DNA from: an uncultured Chthonomonadaceae bacterium
GTDB lineage: Bacteria; Armatimonadota; Chthonomonadetes; Chthonomonadales; Chthonomonadaceae
Reading direction: 5' to 3'
Length of the DNA: 64,000 nucleotides
Assembly: GCA_963817895.1 (NCBI GenBank)
Contig: CAWFQB010000002.1
Span: 96,001 to 160,000 of the forward strand
Each line of letters opens with the position of its first letter. The stretch's first letter is position 1. Of the stretch, positions 1 to 10,800 are shown piece by piece. The position numbers and the translations under genes were made by a program. The notes under the pieces were generated by a model, which saw only the letters and a program-made list of their open reading frames with translations, was not told the DNA's origin and did not search any database.

Positions 1-1
1 T

Positions 2-199
2 GCCGATCCTCGTATTACAATTATTCCTCTGGATCGCGCCATTCTGGATATTTCGTTGACACTTACGAGTATTGGCGAAATGCACGACCGCCAGATTGCG
101 GCAACGGCTCTTTATCGCGCGAGTCAGGGCGTAAAAGTCGCCTTGCTGACGCGGGATGAGAACATTACGGCATCAGGGCTTGTTCCCGTGCTATGGTAA
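2..199 (+). CDS. PIN-domain (VapC-like) protein, C-terminal part, 5' end outside window
   Basis: Frame +2 reads ADPRITIIPLDRAIL...EMHDRQIAATAL...LLTRDENI...W*; the HDRxIAATA and LLTRD motifs are typical of PIN toxins. Not in the ORF track. Confidence 0.75.
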   Translation, partial: ADPRITIIPLDRAILDISLTLTSIGEMHDRQIAATALYRASQGVKVALLTRDENITASGLVPVLW

Positions 200-291
200 T
201 GCTGCTGTCCAATAGCATGGTAAGAAATGCCCGTACAACTATAGAAGTTGCGCGGGCATTTGTGTTCCATGACATTTCAGCCAACAGCAGT

Positions 292-1707
292 TTAGATGTC
301 GTAGTAGAGGAAGAATTCGTAGGGATGCGGGCGGAGGGCGACCTGCTTGAACTCCTGCGTCATCTTGTAGTCAATGTAGGTTTCAATCAGGTCTTTGCTG
401 AACACGCCGCCCTTGAGCAGGAACTCGTGGTCAGCTTCCAGCGCTTTGAGGCTCTCTTCCAGCGTTCCCGGCGTCTGCGCGATGTCCTTCTTTTCTTCCG
501 GCTCCATCTCGTAGAGGTCTTTGTCAACCGGCGCGGGCGGCATGATCTTGTTTTCGATGCCGTCTAAGCCTGCCAGCAGAAGCGCGGCAAACGCGAGGTA
601 CGGGTTAGCAGCCGGGTCGGGCGCGCGGAATTCGACGCGCTTGGCTTTCGGCGACTTGCTTACGAGCGGGATGCGGACACACGCCGAGCGGTTGCGCGCG
701 CTGTACACCAGATTGATGGGCGCTTCGTAACCGGGAACCAGACGGCGGTAGCTGTTGGTCGTGGGGGCGCAGAAGGCGAGCAGGGCGGGCGCGTGTTTCA
801 GCAGGCCACCGATGTAATGCACGGCCATTTCCGAGAGTTGGCCGTAGCCGTTTTCATCGTAGAACAGGGGCTGGCCGTCTTTCCACAGCGATTGGTGGAC
901 GTGCATCCCGCTGCCGTTGTCCATGAACAGGGGCTTGGGCATGAACGTGGCCGTGTAGCCGTTCTGAATGGCCGTGTTCTTGATGATGTACTTGAACTTT
1001 TGCAGGTCGTCCGCCGTCTTCAGCAGGGGGCCGAACTTGAAGTCAATCTCCGCCTGTCCGCCCGTGCCCACTTCGTGGTGCTGCATTTCCACTTCGATGC
1101 CCGCTTCGATCAGGTTGAGCATCATTTCGGTGCGCAGGTCTTGCAGGCTGTCGTTCGGGGGAACGGGATAGTAGCCGCGCTTGTAGGGGTTTTTGAAGCC
1201 TAAGTTGGGCTTCTCGTCGCGCCCGGAGTTCCAGATGCCCTCGTCGCTGTCCACGTAGTAGAATCCTGAGTGGCTGGTCTGATCGTAGCGCACATCGTTG
1301 AAGATGTAGAATTCCGCTTCCGGGCCGAAATAGGCTGTGTCCGCAATTCCGGTGCTTTGCAGGTACGCTTCGGCTTTTTTGGCGATCTGGCGCGGGTCGC
1401 GGTTGTAGCGTTCGCGGGTAATCGGGTCTTCGATGTCGCAGGTAAGGACCAGCGTGGTCACGTCGAAGAACGGGTCAATGAAAGCCGTGTCCGGGTCGGG
1501 AATCAGGATCATGTCCGACTCGTTGATAGCCTTGAAGCCTCGAATGGAAGAGCCATCAAAGGCCAAACCGTCCGCAAACTTGTCCTCGTCGAGATTGCCG
1601 GCGGGGATGGAAAAATGCTGCTGCTGGCCGATCAGGTCGGTAAACCGCACGTCTACGACTTTGGCTTCTTTCTCGCGAACCATGTCAATAATGTCTTTGG
1701 GCGTCAT
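292..1707 (-). CDS. glnA: Type I glutamine synthetase
   Basis: [51 protein letters not shown] adenylylation-site loop; 471 aa; GAAGGAG RBS. Confidence 0.98.
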   Translation of the reverse strand: MTPKDIIDMVREKEAKVVDVRFTDLIGQQQHFSIPAGNLDEDKFADGLAFDGSSIRGFKAINESDMILIPDPDTAFIDPFFDVTTLVLTCDIEDPITRERYNRDPRQIAKKAEAYLQSTGIADTAYFGPEAEFYIFNDVRYDQTSHSGFYYVDSDEGIWNSGRDEKPNLGFKNPYKRGYYPVPPNDSLQDLRTEMMLNLIEAGIEVEMQHHEVGTGGQAEIDFKFGPLLKTADDLQKFKYIIKNTAIQNGYTATFMPKPLFMDNGSGMHVHQSLWKDGQPLFYDENGYGQLSEMAVHYIGGLLKHAPALLAFCAPTTNSYRRLVPGYEAPINLVYSARNRSACVRIPLVSKSPKAKRVEFRAPDPAANPYLAFAALLLAGLDGIENKIMPPAPVDKDLYEMEPEEKKDIAQTPGTLEESLKALEADHEFLLKGGVFSKDLIETYIDYKMTQEFKQVALRPHPYEFFLYYDI

Positions 1708-1984
1708 GCGCGCTCATCTCCTTCAAATATGGTGACTGACAACAATCTGCGCCCGGCGTATAATCCGAGCAGGGCGGCGAAGTTCGATTCGCCGGAGGAC
1801 AACCAGAAGCGCCGCAACCCTGAAAATCATGTGAGACGCATGAAAATTCTGGGCGGCAGAAACTTAGCGTGGAACGCTACCGGACAAACAACGCTGTTGT
1901 GTTTGCCCGCGCGATGCTACCAAAACAGGGGTGAACGCGCAAGCCTCATTGCCTGTGCGCCGATTTTTCGCGTGGATTGGGTAA

Positions 1985-2014
1985 AGTATAGCAGTGTGCG
2001 CAAATTCATGTCAA
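1985..2014 (-). promoter_or_regulatory. Sigma70-type promoter for glnA
   Basis: Minus strand TTGACA (2014-2009), 18-nt spacer, extended -10 TGcTATACT (hexamer 1990-1985); implies a ~270-nt leader. Confidence 0.6.
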
Positions 2015-2071
2015 CTGCCGCGCCGCGTAAACCTTCAAAAACTACACATAAACTACGAACGAGAGGTGATA

Positions 2072-2776
2072 GTGGAACCTGCGCATGATCCAAAAGGCGG
2101 GCCGGCGCGTAAAAAGTCCGGCGATATTGTGGAAGACCCGGAACCCCGCTGGCCCGCGATTGTCGCGGTGCTGTGCGCGGGCGGCCTGAACTACGCGCTG
2201 CCGCATCAACTGATTATTGGGCCGCGCTGGCTGCTGTTCGCGATAGTCTCGATTCTGCTCGTGCCGACCGTTGTGCTGCACCGGGCGGGACACCATCGTC
2301 TGAACACGATTATCGGGCATCTGATAGCCGGAATTATGACCGGTTTTATGATCTGGTCTATTGTGCGGTTGGTTCAAGCGCTGGTATATGGAACCTACAA
2401 AGTTCAACCCGTAGACCTGCTGCACTCGGCTGTTTTTCTCTGGACGACCAACATTCTGGTGTTCGGGCTGTGGTACTGGCGGATGGACGCGGGCGGGCCG
2501 AATGCGCGCGACCTGCGCGTGGGGCATCCCTGCGGCTCGTTTGTGTTTCCACAAATGACCCTTCAGGAGGATTTTGATGCGGACCGAACGGGTAAGCCCT
2601 GGGCGCCGCAATTTGCCGATTACCTGTTTCTGGCCTTCAATACCAGTACCGCCCTGTCGCCCACAGATACCGCCGTCCTCTCAAGATGGGCAAAATTGCT
2701 GATGATGCTGCAATCCGCCATTTCGCTGACCATCATCGTGCTGCTCGCCGCCCGCGCCGTCAATATTTTGCAGTAG
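2072..2776 (+). CDS. Membrane protein, DUF1345-like
   Basis: Several TM segments; DYLFLAFNTSTALSPTD and FPQM motifs; GTG start after GAGGTG. Confidence 0.7.
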   Translation: MEPAHDPKGGPARKKSGDIVEDPEPRWPAIVAVLCAGGLNYALPHQLIIGPRWLLFAIVSILLVPTVVLHRAGHHRLNTIIGHLIAGIMTGFMIWSIVRLVQALVYGTYKVQPVDLLHSAVFLWTTNILVFGLWYWRMDAGGPNARDLRVGHPCGSFVFPQMTLQEDFDADRTGKPWAPQFADYLFLAFNTSTALSPTDTAVLSRWAKLLMMLQSAISLTIIVLLAARAVNILQ

Positions 2777-2881
2777 ATACGAGATAGGAGATACGAGATA
2801 CTACCTTGTGATTTCTTATACTTCTGAAGAGTAGAGCAAAGCAGGTAATAACTCGTATCTCCTATCTCGTATCTCTTATCT
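2775..2881. repeat. Heptamer (AGATAGG/AGATACG)n inverted-arm element
   Basis: Arms at 2775-2800 and 2852-2881 are reverse complements; the inner sequence is shared with the copy at 7766-7875. Confidence 0.85.
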
Positions 2882-3625
2882 TCTTCCCCAATTCAGCAAC
2901 TTTCCCACTGATTTCAGCAGGGACGGCCCGTTTGTATCGGCATTGGGTTTGCGTTCGTGACGGCACAGCAAAATGCCGATGTCATCCTGAAACTTACCGG
3001 AGGGGAGGCGGACGAGTTCGAGTAATTGCTGCGCGGCGTGTTCCACATCCGGGTGGCGGGCGGCTTCGGCGATACGGGCGGCATCGGCGTATTTGAACAG
3101 GCCGTCCGTGCCGAGCAGTAACGTTCCTTCGTTCCAGTCACATTCAAAGGGTATGGGAAGGGCCGCGCCCCATCCCAAGTACGGCTTGCCTGTCTGTCGC
3201 TGCGTCAGATTCTCCACGCGGTCTTCCATAATCAGCCACGCGCCCGAATCGCCTACGCTCGCGCCCACAATCTTGTCCAGACGCCCGAAACCGTTGGAAG
3301 TGACGGCGGCGACAACAGCGGTGGTTTCGCCCGTATTCTTGTCCCGCTGCAACATGCGGTCAATGCCTGCAAGCCGCTCTGTCCAGATTTGCGCCTCATC
3401 GTTAGGACGTTCGCCTCCAACCGCTTTCCGTACAATATCAACCGTTTTCTGCGCCGCCGCTCCGCCGTTTGCCCGCCCGCCAACCCCGTCCGCCACCACC
3501 AGAACCAGCGTATCCCCGGCCTGAATAATCTCGGCGCGATCCTCATTCTCCTGCTTGTAATCGTCGCGAACGCCTTCCAGCCTCTTCGCTGTTATCCATT
3601 TACCCATAAGCAGTTTTCTCACCAT
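2876..3625 (-). CDS. PP2C-family Ser/Thr phosphatase
   Basis: NEDR, VVADGVGG, VGDS, GTDGL and DDI motifs; start may be 3607. Confidence 0.9.
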   Translation of the reverse strand: MVRKLLMGKWITAKRLEGVRDDYKQENEDRAEIIQAGDTLVLVVADGVGGRANGGAAAQKTVDIVRKAVGGERPNDEAQIWTERLAGIDRMLQRDKNTGETTAVVAAVTSNGFGRLDKIVGASVGDSGAWLIMEDRVENLTQRQTGKPYLGWGAALPIPFECDWNEGTLLLGTDGLFKYADAARIAEAARHPDVEHAAQQLLELVRLPSGKFQDDIGILLCRHERKPNADTNGPSLLKSVGKLLNWGRR

Positions 3626-3654
3626 TCGCGTTTATTCGCGTTCATTCGCGGCTA
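3624..3654. repeat. 10-mer tandem repeat (ATTCGCGTTY)x3, inverted partner of 11513-11543
   Basis: 30/31 nt match to the reverse complement of 11513-11543. Confidence 0.85.
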
Positions 3655-3663
3655 AACTTGTTT

Positions 3664-5778
3664 TTAGCGCAGGGGCGGAACCGTAGCGCCGATGGCGTGT
3701 TGAAGCGTGACGCGGTACTGTTCGACGGCGTTCTGGGTGTTGACGACGTTGGTGCGGGCGGTCAGCAGAAAGGCCTGCGCGTTGATGATGTCCAGAAACA
3801 GCCCTAGTCCGGTTGCATAGCGTCCGGTCGCGATGCGAACGCCCTCCTCGGCATTGGCAACGTCGGCAAGGGCGATATTCACCCGCGCTTCCGCCGAACG
3901 CAGGTTGACAAAGGCCGTTGCCACATCCGAAGTGACGTTGAGCTGGGCGGCGTTCAATTGCGCCTGCGCGATGGCGACATTGCCCCGCGCTTCCTGCACC
4001 TGCCCGCGCCGAACGCCGCCGTCAACGGGCGTCCACGTCAGGCCGATACCGACTGTCAAATCGGTTTCCTGCGGCAAAAACTGGTCGCCCCGCGAATACA
4101 CGCTGGCATTGGCGGTGACAGCGGGGGCGTTCACGCTGCGGGCCGCGCTCACGCCGTATTGATAAGCGCGCAGGGTGGCTTGCGCTTGCAGCACTTCGGG
4201 CCGCTGGCGCAGGGCGATTTGCGCCAGCGCGTTGATGTCCGTAGCAGGCGCGGGCGCCTCGCCCGATTCTGCCGTCAGCAGGGGCGTGCGCGGGTCAATC
4301 CCCATCAGCAGGGCAAGGTTGATACGCGCCTGCTCCGCATTGGCCTGCGCCTGACTCAGCCCCAAAATCGCTTCGGCTTTGGCGGTCTGCGCGTTGACAA
4401 TATCAATCGGCAGTCCCAAACCGACGTTGAACCGCGCTCGCGCCAGATCTAACTGCGACTGCCGATTGGTCACTTCCAACTGCTGCACCTGAACCTGCTG
4501 CTGATCCTGCACGAGCAGGTAAAACGCCTGCTTCACTTCCTCAACCGTATCCGACTGAACCCGCGACAGGTTCTGCGTGGCGGCTCTTTCCAACTGCGAA
4601 CTCTGCCGGACGAGATCGAGCGTGTGGTTGAAGTCGAAAATCAGTTGGCGTAAGGTCGCCTGCGACAAAAATCCCTGTATCAGCCCGGAAGCGTTCCCGC
4701 CTGCGGACGCGCCGGAACCCGTTGTGGTGACGCCCGTACTCGTCTGCCCCGGCGTGGTGGCTCCGGTGGTGGTTTGCCCGCTGCCGCCCGATCCCATCTG
4801 CGTCGTGCCGGTCGTGGTTCCCGTCGCCCCGGTGGACGTTCCGGTTCCGGTTGTACCCGCGCCGCCCGTGCCGCTTCCTGTTGTGGTTCCCGTGCCACCC
4901 GTTCCGCTTCCGGTTCCGGTTGTGCCTCCGGCGGTTCCTGTGCCGCCGGTGGTTCCCCCGCTTCCGCTGGTGCTGCCGCCATTGCCGGAAGTGGACGTTC
5001 CGCCGGTTCCAGAGTTCGTGCCGCCACTCCCGCCCGTGCTGCCTGTTCCGGTTCCGCCCGTTCCGGTTGTGCCGCCGGTTCCTCCTGTGGTTCCGGTTCC
5101 CGTGCCGCCCGTGCCTGTCCCCGTGCTTCCGCTCGAAGTCGTGCCGCCGGGTCCGCCATTGCCGGATGTGGCCGTTCCGGTTCCGCCGCCCGTAGTTCCC
5201 CCGGTTGTGCCGGTTCCTCCGGTTGTCGTTCCTGTCCCGGTTCCTGTACCGGTTCCCGTGCCTGTCCCGGTTCCTACTCCCGTTCCGGTTCCCGCGCCGC
5301 CGCCGACAAGACCGCCGCCTCGTCCCGCATGGGTCAGGTTTTGCAGGAACGTATAGCCCGTCGTGACGGTCACTTGCGGATTCAGCGCGGCTCTGATTTG
5401 CCGCGTTCGTCCCCGTTGCGTTTCGATGCCGCCCCGCGCAATGGCGATGTTGGGCTGTAGGCGCAGGGCGATACGGGCGGCGTCATCGGCGGTCAGGGGA
5501 AGCAGGGGCGCATCCGGCGCGGTTTGCGGCGGGGCCGGAACGCCCACTGCCGGCGGCACGGTGGTTTCCTGAACATGCGGCGGCGTAAGCCGGGGATCGC
5601 GCGGCGGAACCGGCCCCGGCGTTTGCGGCAGGGCCGGAAGCGCGACGGGCGGGCGGTTCGGCTGCTGAGTTGGATTTGCCGCAGGCGCGGTTTTGGCGAC
5701 TGCGGGGTTTGCATTTTGCGCTGTAGCCGCCTGCGCCAAAAGGCATGCGGCGCACAGCATAAGCGATGAACGAAACAT
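3664..5778 (-). CDS. TolC-family outer membrane efflux protein with a very large Gly/Thr-rich insertion
   Basis: Signal peptide, Pro-rich linker, LTADDAARIAL..QP, LRQLIFDF, RPE and GLGLFLDIINAQ OEP repeats; G/T tract at about 4690-5325; ATG 5778 after GGAG. Confidence 0.9.
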   Translation of the reverse strand: MFRSSLMLCAACLLAQAATAQNANPAVAKTAPAANPTQQPNRPPVALPALPQTPGPVPPRDPRLTPPHVQETTVPPAVGVPAPPQTAPDAPLLPLTADDAARIALRLQPNIAIARGGIETQRGRTRQIRAALNPQVTVTTGYTFLQNLTHAGRGGGLVGGGAGTGTGVGTGTGTGTGTGTGTGTTTGGTGTTGGTTGGGTGTATSGNGGPGGTTSSGSTGTGTGGTGTGTTGGTGGTTGTGGTGTGSTGGSGGTNSGTGGTSTSGNGGSTSGSGGTTGGTGTAGGTTGTGSGTGGTGTTTGSGTGGAGTTGTGTSTGATGTTTGTTQMGSGGSGQTTTGATTPGQTSTGVTTTGSGASAGGNASGLIQGFLSQATLRQLIFDFNHTLDLVRQSSQLERAATQNLSRVQSDTVEEVKQAFYLLVQDQQQVQVQQLEVTNRQSQLDLARARFNVGLGLPIDIVNAQTAKAEAILGLSQAQANAEQARINLALLMGIDPRTPLLTAESGEAPAPATDINALAQIALRQRPEVLQAQATLRAYQYGVSAARSVNAPAVTANASVYSRGDQFLPQETDLTVGIGLTWTPVDGGVRRGQVQEARGNVAIAQAQLNAAQLNVTSDVATAFVNLRSAEARVNIALADVANAEEGVRIATGRYATGLGLFLDIINAQAFLLTARTNVVNTQNAVEQYRVTLQHAIGATVPPLR

Positions 5779-5855
5779 CAAAACTCCTGAATCATAACAC
5801 CGGTCAACCGGCTCATAAAAGCCGGTTGAAACATGCTGTCGGCATGATAGCAAAA

Positions 5856-7754
5856 CTACTTCGCGGCTGAAGTGGGAGGCGTACCCATCTGGCCGGTTGG
5901 CGGCTTGCCGGGTTCGGCTTTCGGCCCGCCGCCCTGCTGTCCGCCACCCGAACCACCGGCTGGCCCGCCAGTCGCGCCGCCGGGACCGGGCGGGGGCGGC
6001 GGGGCCTGCTTCGGCGTGACCTTTTCATTCTCGACCAGATCATCCGTCGGGTTGGAAACCAGTGCCTCTTTGCCCGTTAAGCCCTCCGTCACCTCCACAT
6101 CCGTACCGAAATCGCGGCCTACATGGACGGGAACGAAATGCAGTTTGTTTTCAGGCGTCACAATCGCCACTCGCGTACCCTGCGCGTCGAACATCAGGGT
6201 ATTGGACGGGATGCGCAGCGACCCGCGCGTTTTGGGCAGATTGAAATGCACCTGCACGTACATACCCGGCAGCAGCGTTCCCGTCGGGTTGGGAATGTGA
6301 ATTTCCGTCAGCAGAGTGCGGGAAACCGCGTCAATCGCGCCCGCAACGTGGTGAATGGTTCCCACAAACGGACGCCCCGGAAACTCGCGCACAAAAAGGT
6401 CCGCGGTTTCATTGGGATGCATCAGGGGCGCATACGTTTGCGGCACACTGACCAGAACCCGCAGGGTGTCCGTGCGGGCAAGCCCGAACAATCCGGCTCC
6501 CGGCGTGGTCGAGGGGGTAGACGTGCCGGAAGCCGCGCTTCCCTGCACCGCCGCGCTTCCCGACGTGCTGGTTGATGTTGCCGAAGACGCGCCCGCCGAA
6601 CCACCCCCCGCGTTGACGAGCGAACCAACATCTATATTACGGGCGGTAATCACGCCCGCGAATGGCGCGGTGATGCGGGAAAAGCCGGAAATCACGCCCG
6701 CCCGCTGCTCATTAGCCCGCGCCGCCTGCACCGCCGCCTGATCGGACTGCACAACGGCCTGCGCGCTCGTCACATTGGACTTCGCCGCCTGTACCGCCGC
6801 CTGCGCTGAACCGACCGTAGATTGAACCGCTTTCACATTCTTCTGCGCGGCTGTTACCTGCGCCCGGAACGCTGTGACATTGGAGCGCGCGCTTTCCACC
6901 TGCGATTGCGCCGCCTGCACATTGGCTTCCGCGCCGCGCACGTCCGCGCTTGCCGAGTTTACAGCCGCTTTCGTCGTGTCATAATTGGCCTGACTCTGAT
7001 CTACGTCCTGAAGCGCCACATACCCGGCTTTGAGCAGGGTTTGGTAGCGTCTCAAGGTAACATCCGCAAGATCGAATTGCGTTTGCGCCTGCTTTAACGC
7101 GGCCCGTTTAATATCTACGGTTTGCTGCGTTTGCGCGAGTTGCGACTGCGCGGTTCCCACCTGCGCCTGCGCCTGCGCCAGTTTGGCTTCGGCGTCCGCA
7201 AGCTGCGCCCGCGCGGTTTCCACGTTAGCCGCTGCCTGCTGCACGGCGGATTGCTGCTGGGCCACGGACGCCCGCCGACTCGACACGTCCGACTCGGCCT
7301 GATGTACTGTTGCCTGCACCTGTACAGTCTGCTGCCTTGCCTGCTGCTCCTGCGCCTCGACATCCGGCGACTGGATCACGGCCAGCAGTTGCCCCGCTGT
7401 CACCCGCGTCCCGATGTCCACCAATCGCTGCGTGACATACCCGGTGGAACGCGCCCCGATAGTCGCGTCTGCAATCGCCTGCATGGTTCCGGGCAGGGTC
7501 AAATCCGCGTCCGGCGAAGGTGTGGGCGAAACCACCACCACTTGCGGAACCGCATTCTTCTGCTTTGTGGATTCTTCCGCCAGCGCGTGGTTTTGCTTCA
7601 TGCGCGGCAGGATACCGAAGAAAATAATCCCCACTATCGCGATCACGGCGACAGCGGCTGCAATAAAGGTCATGGGAATGCCCTTTTTCCCGCCGGAATG
7701 GTGTTGAGGCGCGGGATGGGCAGTATTCTGTTGTGGTGTTGCTGCTTGTGTCAT
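5856..7754 (-). CDS. RND periplasmic adaptor (MFP) with a very long coiled coil
   Basis: N-terminal TM; ARSTGYV..RLVDIG, ITAPFAGVIT, LLPGMYV, VGRDFG motifs; about 200 aa Ala/Gln heptad hairpin. Confidence 0.92.
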   Translation of the reverse strand: MTQAATPQQNTAHPAPQHHSGGKKGIPMTFIAAAVAVIAIVGIIFFGILPRMKQNHALAEESTKQKNAVPQVVVVSPTPSPDADLTLPGTMQAIADATIGARSTGYVTQRLVDIGTRVTAGQLLAVIQSPDVEAQEQQARQQTVQVQATVHQAESDVSSRRASVAQQQSAVQQAAANVETARAQLADAEAKLAQAQAQVGTAQSQLAQTQQTVDIKRAALKQAQTQFDLADVTLRRYQTLLKAGYVALQDVDQSQANYDTTKAAVNSASADVRGAEANVQAAQSQVESARSNVTAFRAQVTAAQKNVKAVQSTVGSAQAAVQAAKSNVTSAQAVVQSDQAAVQAARANEQRAGVISGFSRITAPFAGVITARNIDVGSLVNAGGGSAGASSATSTSTSGSAAVQGSAASGTSTPSTTPGAGLFGLARTDTLRVLVSVPQTYAPLMHPNETADLFVREFPGRPFVGTIHHVAGAIDAVSRTLLTEIHIPNPTGTLLPGMYVQVHFNLPKTRGSLRIPSNTLMFDAQGTRVAIVTPENKLHFVPVHVGRDFGTDVEVTEGLTGKEALVSNPTDDLVENEKVTPKQAPPPPPGPGGATGGPAGGSGGGQQGGGPKAEPGKPPTGQMGTPPTSAAK

Positions 7755-7765
7755 GGCTTCATTCA

Positions 7766-7875
7766 GATACGAGATAGGAGATAGGAGATACGAGTCAATA
7801 CCTGCTTTGCTCACTTTTGCGAGAATTAGAACAAAAAGATAGTTCCTCGTATCTCGTATCTCCTATCTCGTATCT
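7766..7875. repeat. Heptamer (AGATAGG)n inverted-arm element, second copy in opposite orientation
   Basis: Arms at 7766-7793 and 7846-7875; GAGCAAAGCAGGTA.T.ACTCGTATCTCC is shared with 2835-2862. Confidence 0.85.
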
Positions 7876-10800
7876 ACTTCCCTTCCAGCGAGGCAATCGC
7901 TTCTTCCCGGCGGCGTTTCACCAGATTGGCTTCGTCCTCGATAAATTTCTCGATTTCGGCTTCGTTCTCGTTGATGGCGACCTGCTTGTGGCGCATAACC
8001 GTGTACATGATAGGCACGAAGAACAGCGTGGTCAGGGTTGCCAGCGTGGAACCGCCGATAACGGCGCGGCCAAGCGGGGCGTTTTGTTCGCCGCCTTCGC
8101 CCAATCCGAGCGCCATCGGCAGCATCCCCAGAATTAGGGCAAGGGCGGTCATCAGGACGGGGCGCAGGCGCGTGAAGCCCGCCGCCATTGCCGCCTGCAT
8201 CGCCGTGTCGCCCTCCAGACGCCGCTCATTGGCGAACGTAATCAGCAGAATGGAGTTGGAAGTGGCGACGCCGATGCTCATAATCGCGCCCATCAGAGAG
8301 GGAACGTTGAACGTCGTCCGCGTCGCGAACAGCATCCACAAAATACCCGACAACGCGCCCGGCAGCGCCATGATAATAACCAGCGGGTCTACCCACGACT
8401 GGAAGTTGACCACCATCAGCAGGTACACGAGCGCGACCGCGAAGATCAGGCCGACGCCCAATCCCAAAAACGACGAGTTCATGCTTTGCACTTGCCCGCG
8501 CACTTCGATGGAGTTGCCGCCCTTCAGTCGCTTGTTGAACGGCTCGATGGTTTTGTACACATCGCTTGCCACGCCGCCCAAATCCCGGTTTTCCGTATTC
8601 ACATACACGTCATAGACCGGCAGAATATTGTAGTGGTTGACCACCTGCGGCGTTTGCGAGTGCTGGAAGTCGGCAAGGTTGGACAGCAGTTCTGGCGTCT
8701 GCGCGCTGGCCGAAGTCACCTGTGACGGGGTTGTCGCGCTGGGCAAAATGGGCGTGTTCGCTAAATCTTCCACGCTGCGTATATCACGCTGCGGCGTCTG
8801 GATGTTGACGCCATAGCTGACGCCGAGTTTCGGGTCTACGAAGAAACTCGGAGCTGATTGGCCGTTTCCTGTCAGCGACAGCAACACGTTATTGGCCGCG
8901 TCGCGCTCCGTCAGTCCCAGCAATCCTGCCTTCGTTCGATCTACCTTAACATCGATCTGCGGCGCATTGACCACCTGATGCACCTGCACGTCCACCGCCC
9001 CGGGTATCAACTTTACTTTATCCGCAATGTCTTTGGCGATCTGGTAATTGCCTGGATCGCGCCCGTTCACCTGAATGTCAATCGGAGACGGGATGCCGAA
9101 GTTCAGAATCTGCGTGGTGATGTCAGCGGGCAGGAACGAGAACGTCGCGTCGGGAAAGTCGTGATGTAATCTGCGGCGCAAGGCCTGAATGTACTGCTCA
9201 GTCGGGCCGTGTTCGCCCTCCTTAAGCGCGATTTGCATATCGCCGTCCAATGAGCCAATCGTGGAAATATCGCTGAAAGCCAGATTGACGCCGCCAACCG
9301 GCAAGCCGATGTTGTCAATAATCGTTTGTATCTCATGGTTCGGAATCACCTGCCGAACCACGCCCTCCACGCGACTGAACAGGTGTTCGGTCTCTTCCAA
9401 TCGGGTTCCGGGCGGCGCTTTGACGTGCATTCGAATCAAGCCGGCATCTACGTGGGGGAAGAAATCTTTGCCGATAAACGGCGCCAGGCAACCCGAAATC
9501 ACAAAGAAGATTCCGAAGGCAACCCCGACAAGCAGCCGATGCTCCATCGTCCACTTCAAGCCCGTGCAGTACCGCCCCCGCAGATGCTCGAACAGAATAT
9601 TGAACTTGTGGTGAACGCGCCAGAAGATGTCGCCCTTGTCCTCTTTGTTCTTGTCTTTGCGCGGCAGATGGTCATGCGGCAACCCATCGCCCTCGCCCAC
9701 GCGCCCATTCAGGACCGGCCCGCCCTTGTCCGTGCCGAACGTATGCTCACTGGCAAGCGAATCATCGTACACCCGCGCCCCGTTCTGTAAACGCGGAATG
9801 GCGTTCTCGTTGGCAGGCGTGTTGTCGTAAACCCGCGCCCCGCCGATTGTGGATTGTGGATTGTGGATTGTGGATTGGCTCTCCTTTTCTCCTTTTCTCC
9901 TTTTCTCCTTTTCTTTCTTCGCTCCCGGCTCATCAGGCAACTCCGGGCAATTGTGCTGTTCCCCGGCTTCTTCGGCGACGATGCGATCCACGTCTTTGGG
10001 CAGCAGGAATTGCACCATGACGGGGACGAGGGTTCGCGACAGCAGGTAGGAACTCATCATGGCGAACACGACGGCCAGCGCGAGGGGCGTAAACAGGTAT
10101 TTGGCAACGCCGGTCAGGAAGAAGACCGGCACGAACACGATGCAGATAGACAGAGTGGCGACGAGAGTCGGCACAGCAATCTGGTTCGCGCCGTCCAGAA
10201 TGGCGCGAGTCAGGGATTTGCCGCCCATCGCCAGGTTGCGGTTGGTGTTTTCGATTTCAACCGTCGCGTCGTCTACGAGGATGCCAACGGCAAGCGACAG
10301 CCCGCCCAATGTCATGATGTTGATCGTCTGTCCGAGCGCGCCCAAAATGGTCAGCGAAGACAGAATAGACAGCGGAATGGACGTGGCGACAACAAGCGTG
10401 CTGCGCCAACTTCCCAAAAACAGCAGAATCATCAAGGCCGTCAGACACGCGGCGATAATGGCTTCGCGTATCACGCCCTGCACGGACGCTTTCACGAATA
10501 CCGACTGGTCGAACAGCAGTTGCAAATCCAGTTCTTTGGGAACGGACGCCCGAACGCTCGGCAGTTTCGCCTTCACGCGATTGACAACATCCAGTGTGGA
10601 CGCCTTGCCGTTTTTCAGAATCGTCAGCAGGGCCGCGCGGTGTCCGTCCTGATTAACGAGGTTGCTCTGCACCGCGTTGCCGTCATGCACGAACGCGACA
10701 TCTTTGACATACACGGGCGCGCCGTTGACCACGCGAATAGGAATGTTGTTAAGTTCGTCCACCAGTCCCGGCTGGCTGTTCAAGCGGACAAAAATCTCTT

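Noticed and set aside
4577..5460. Val/Pro-rich and Ala/Gly-rich ORFs on other frames over the TolC insert
   Set aside because: Shadow frames of the Gly/Thr codon tract.
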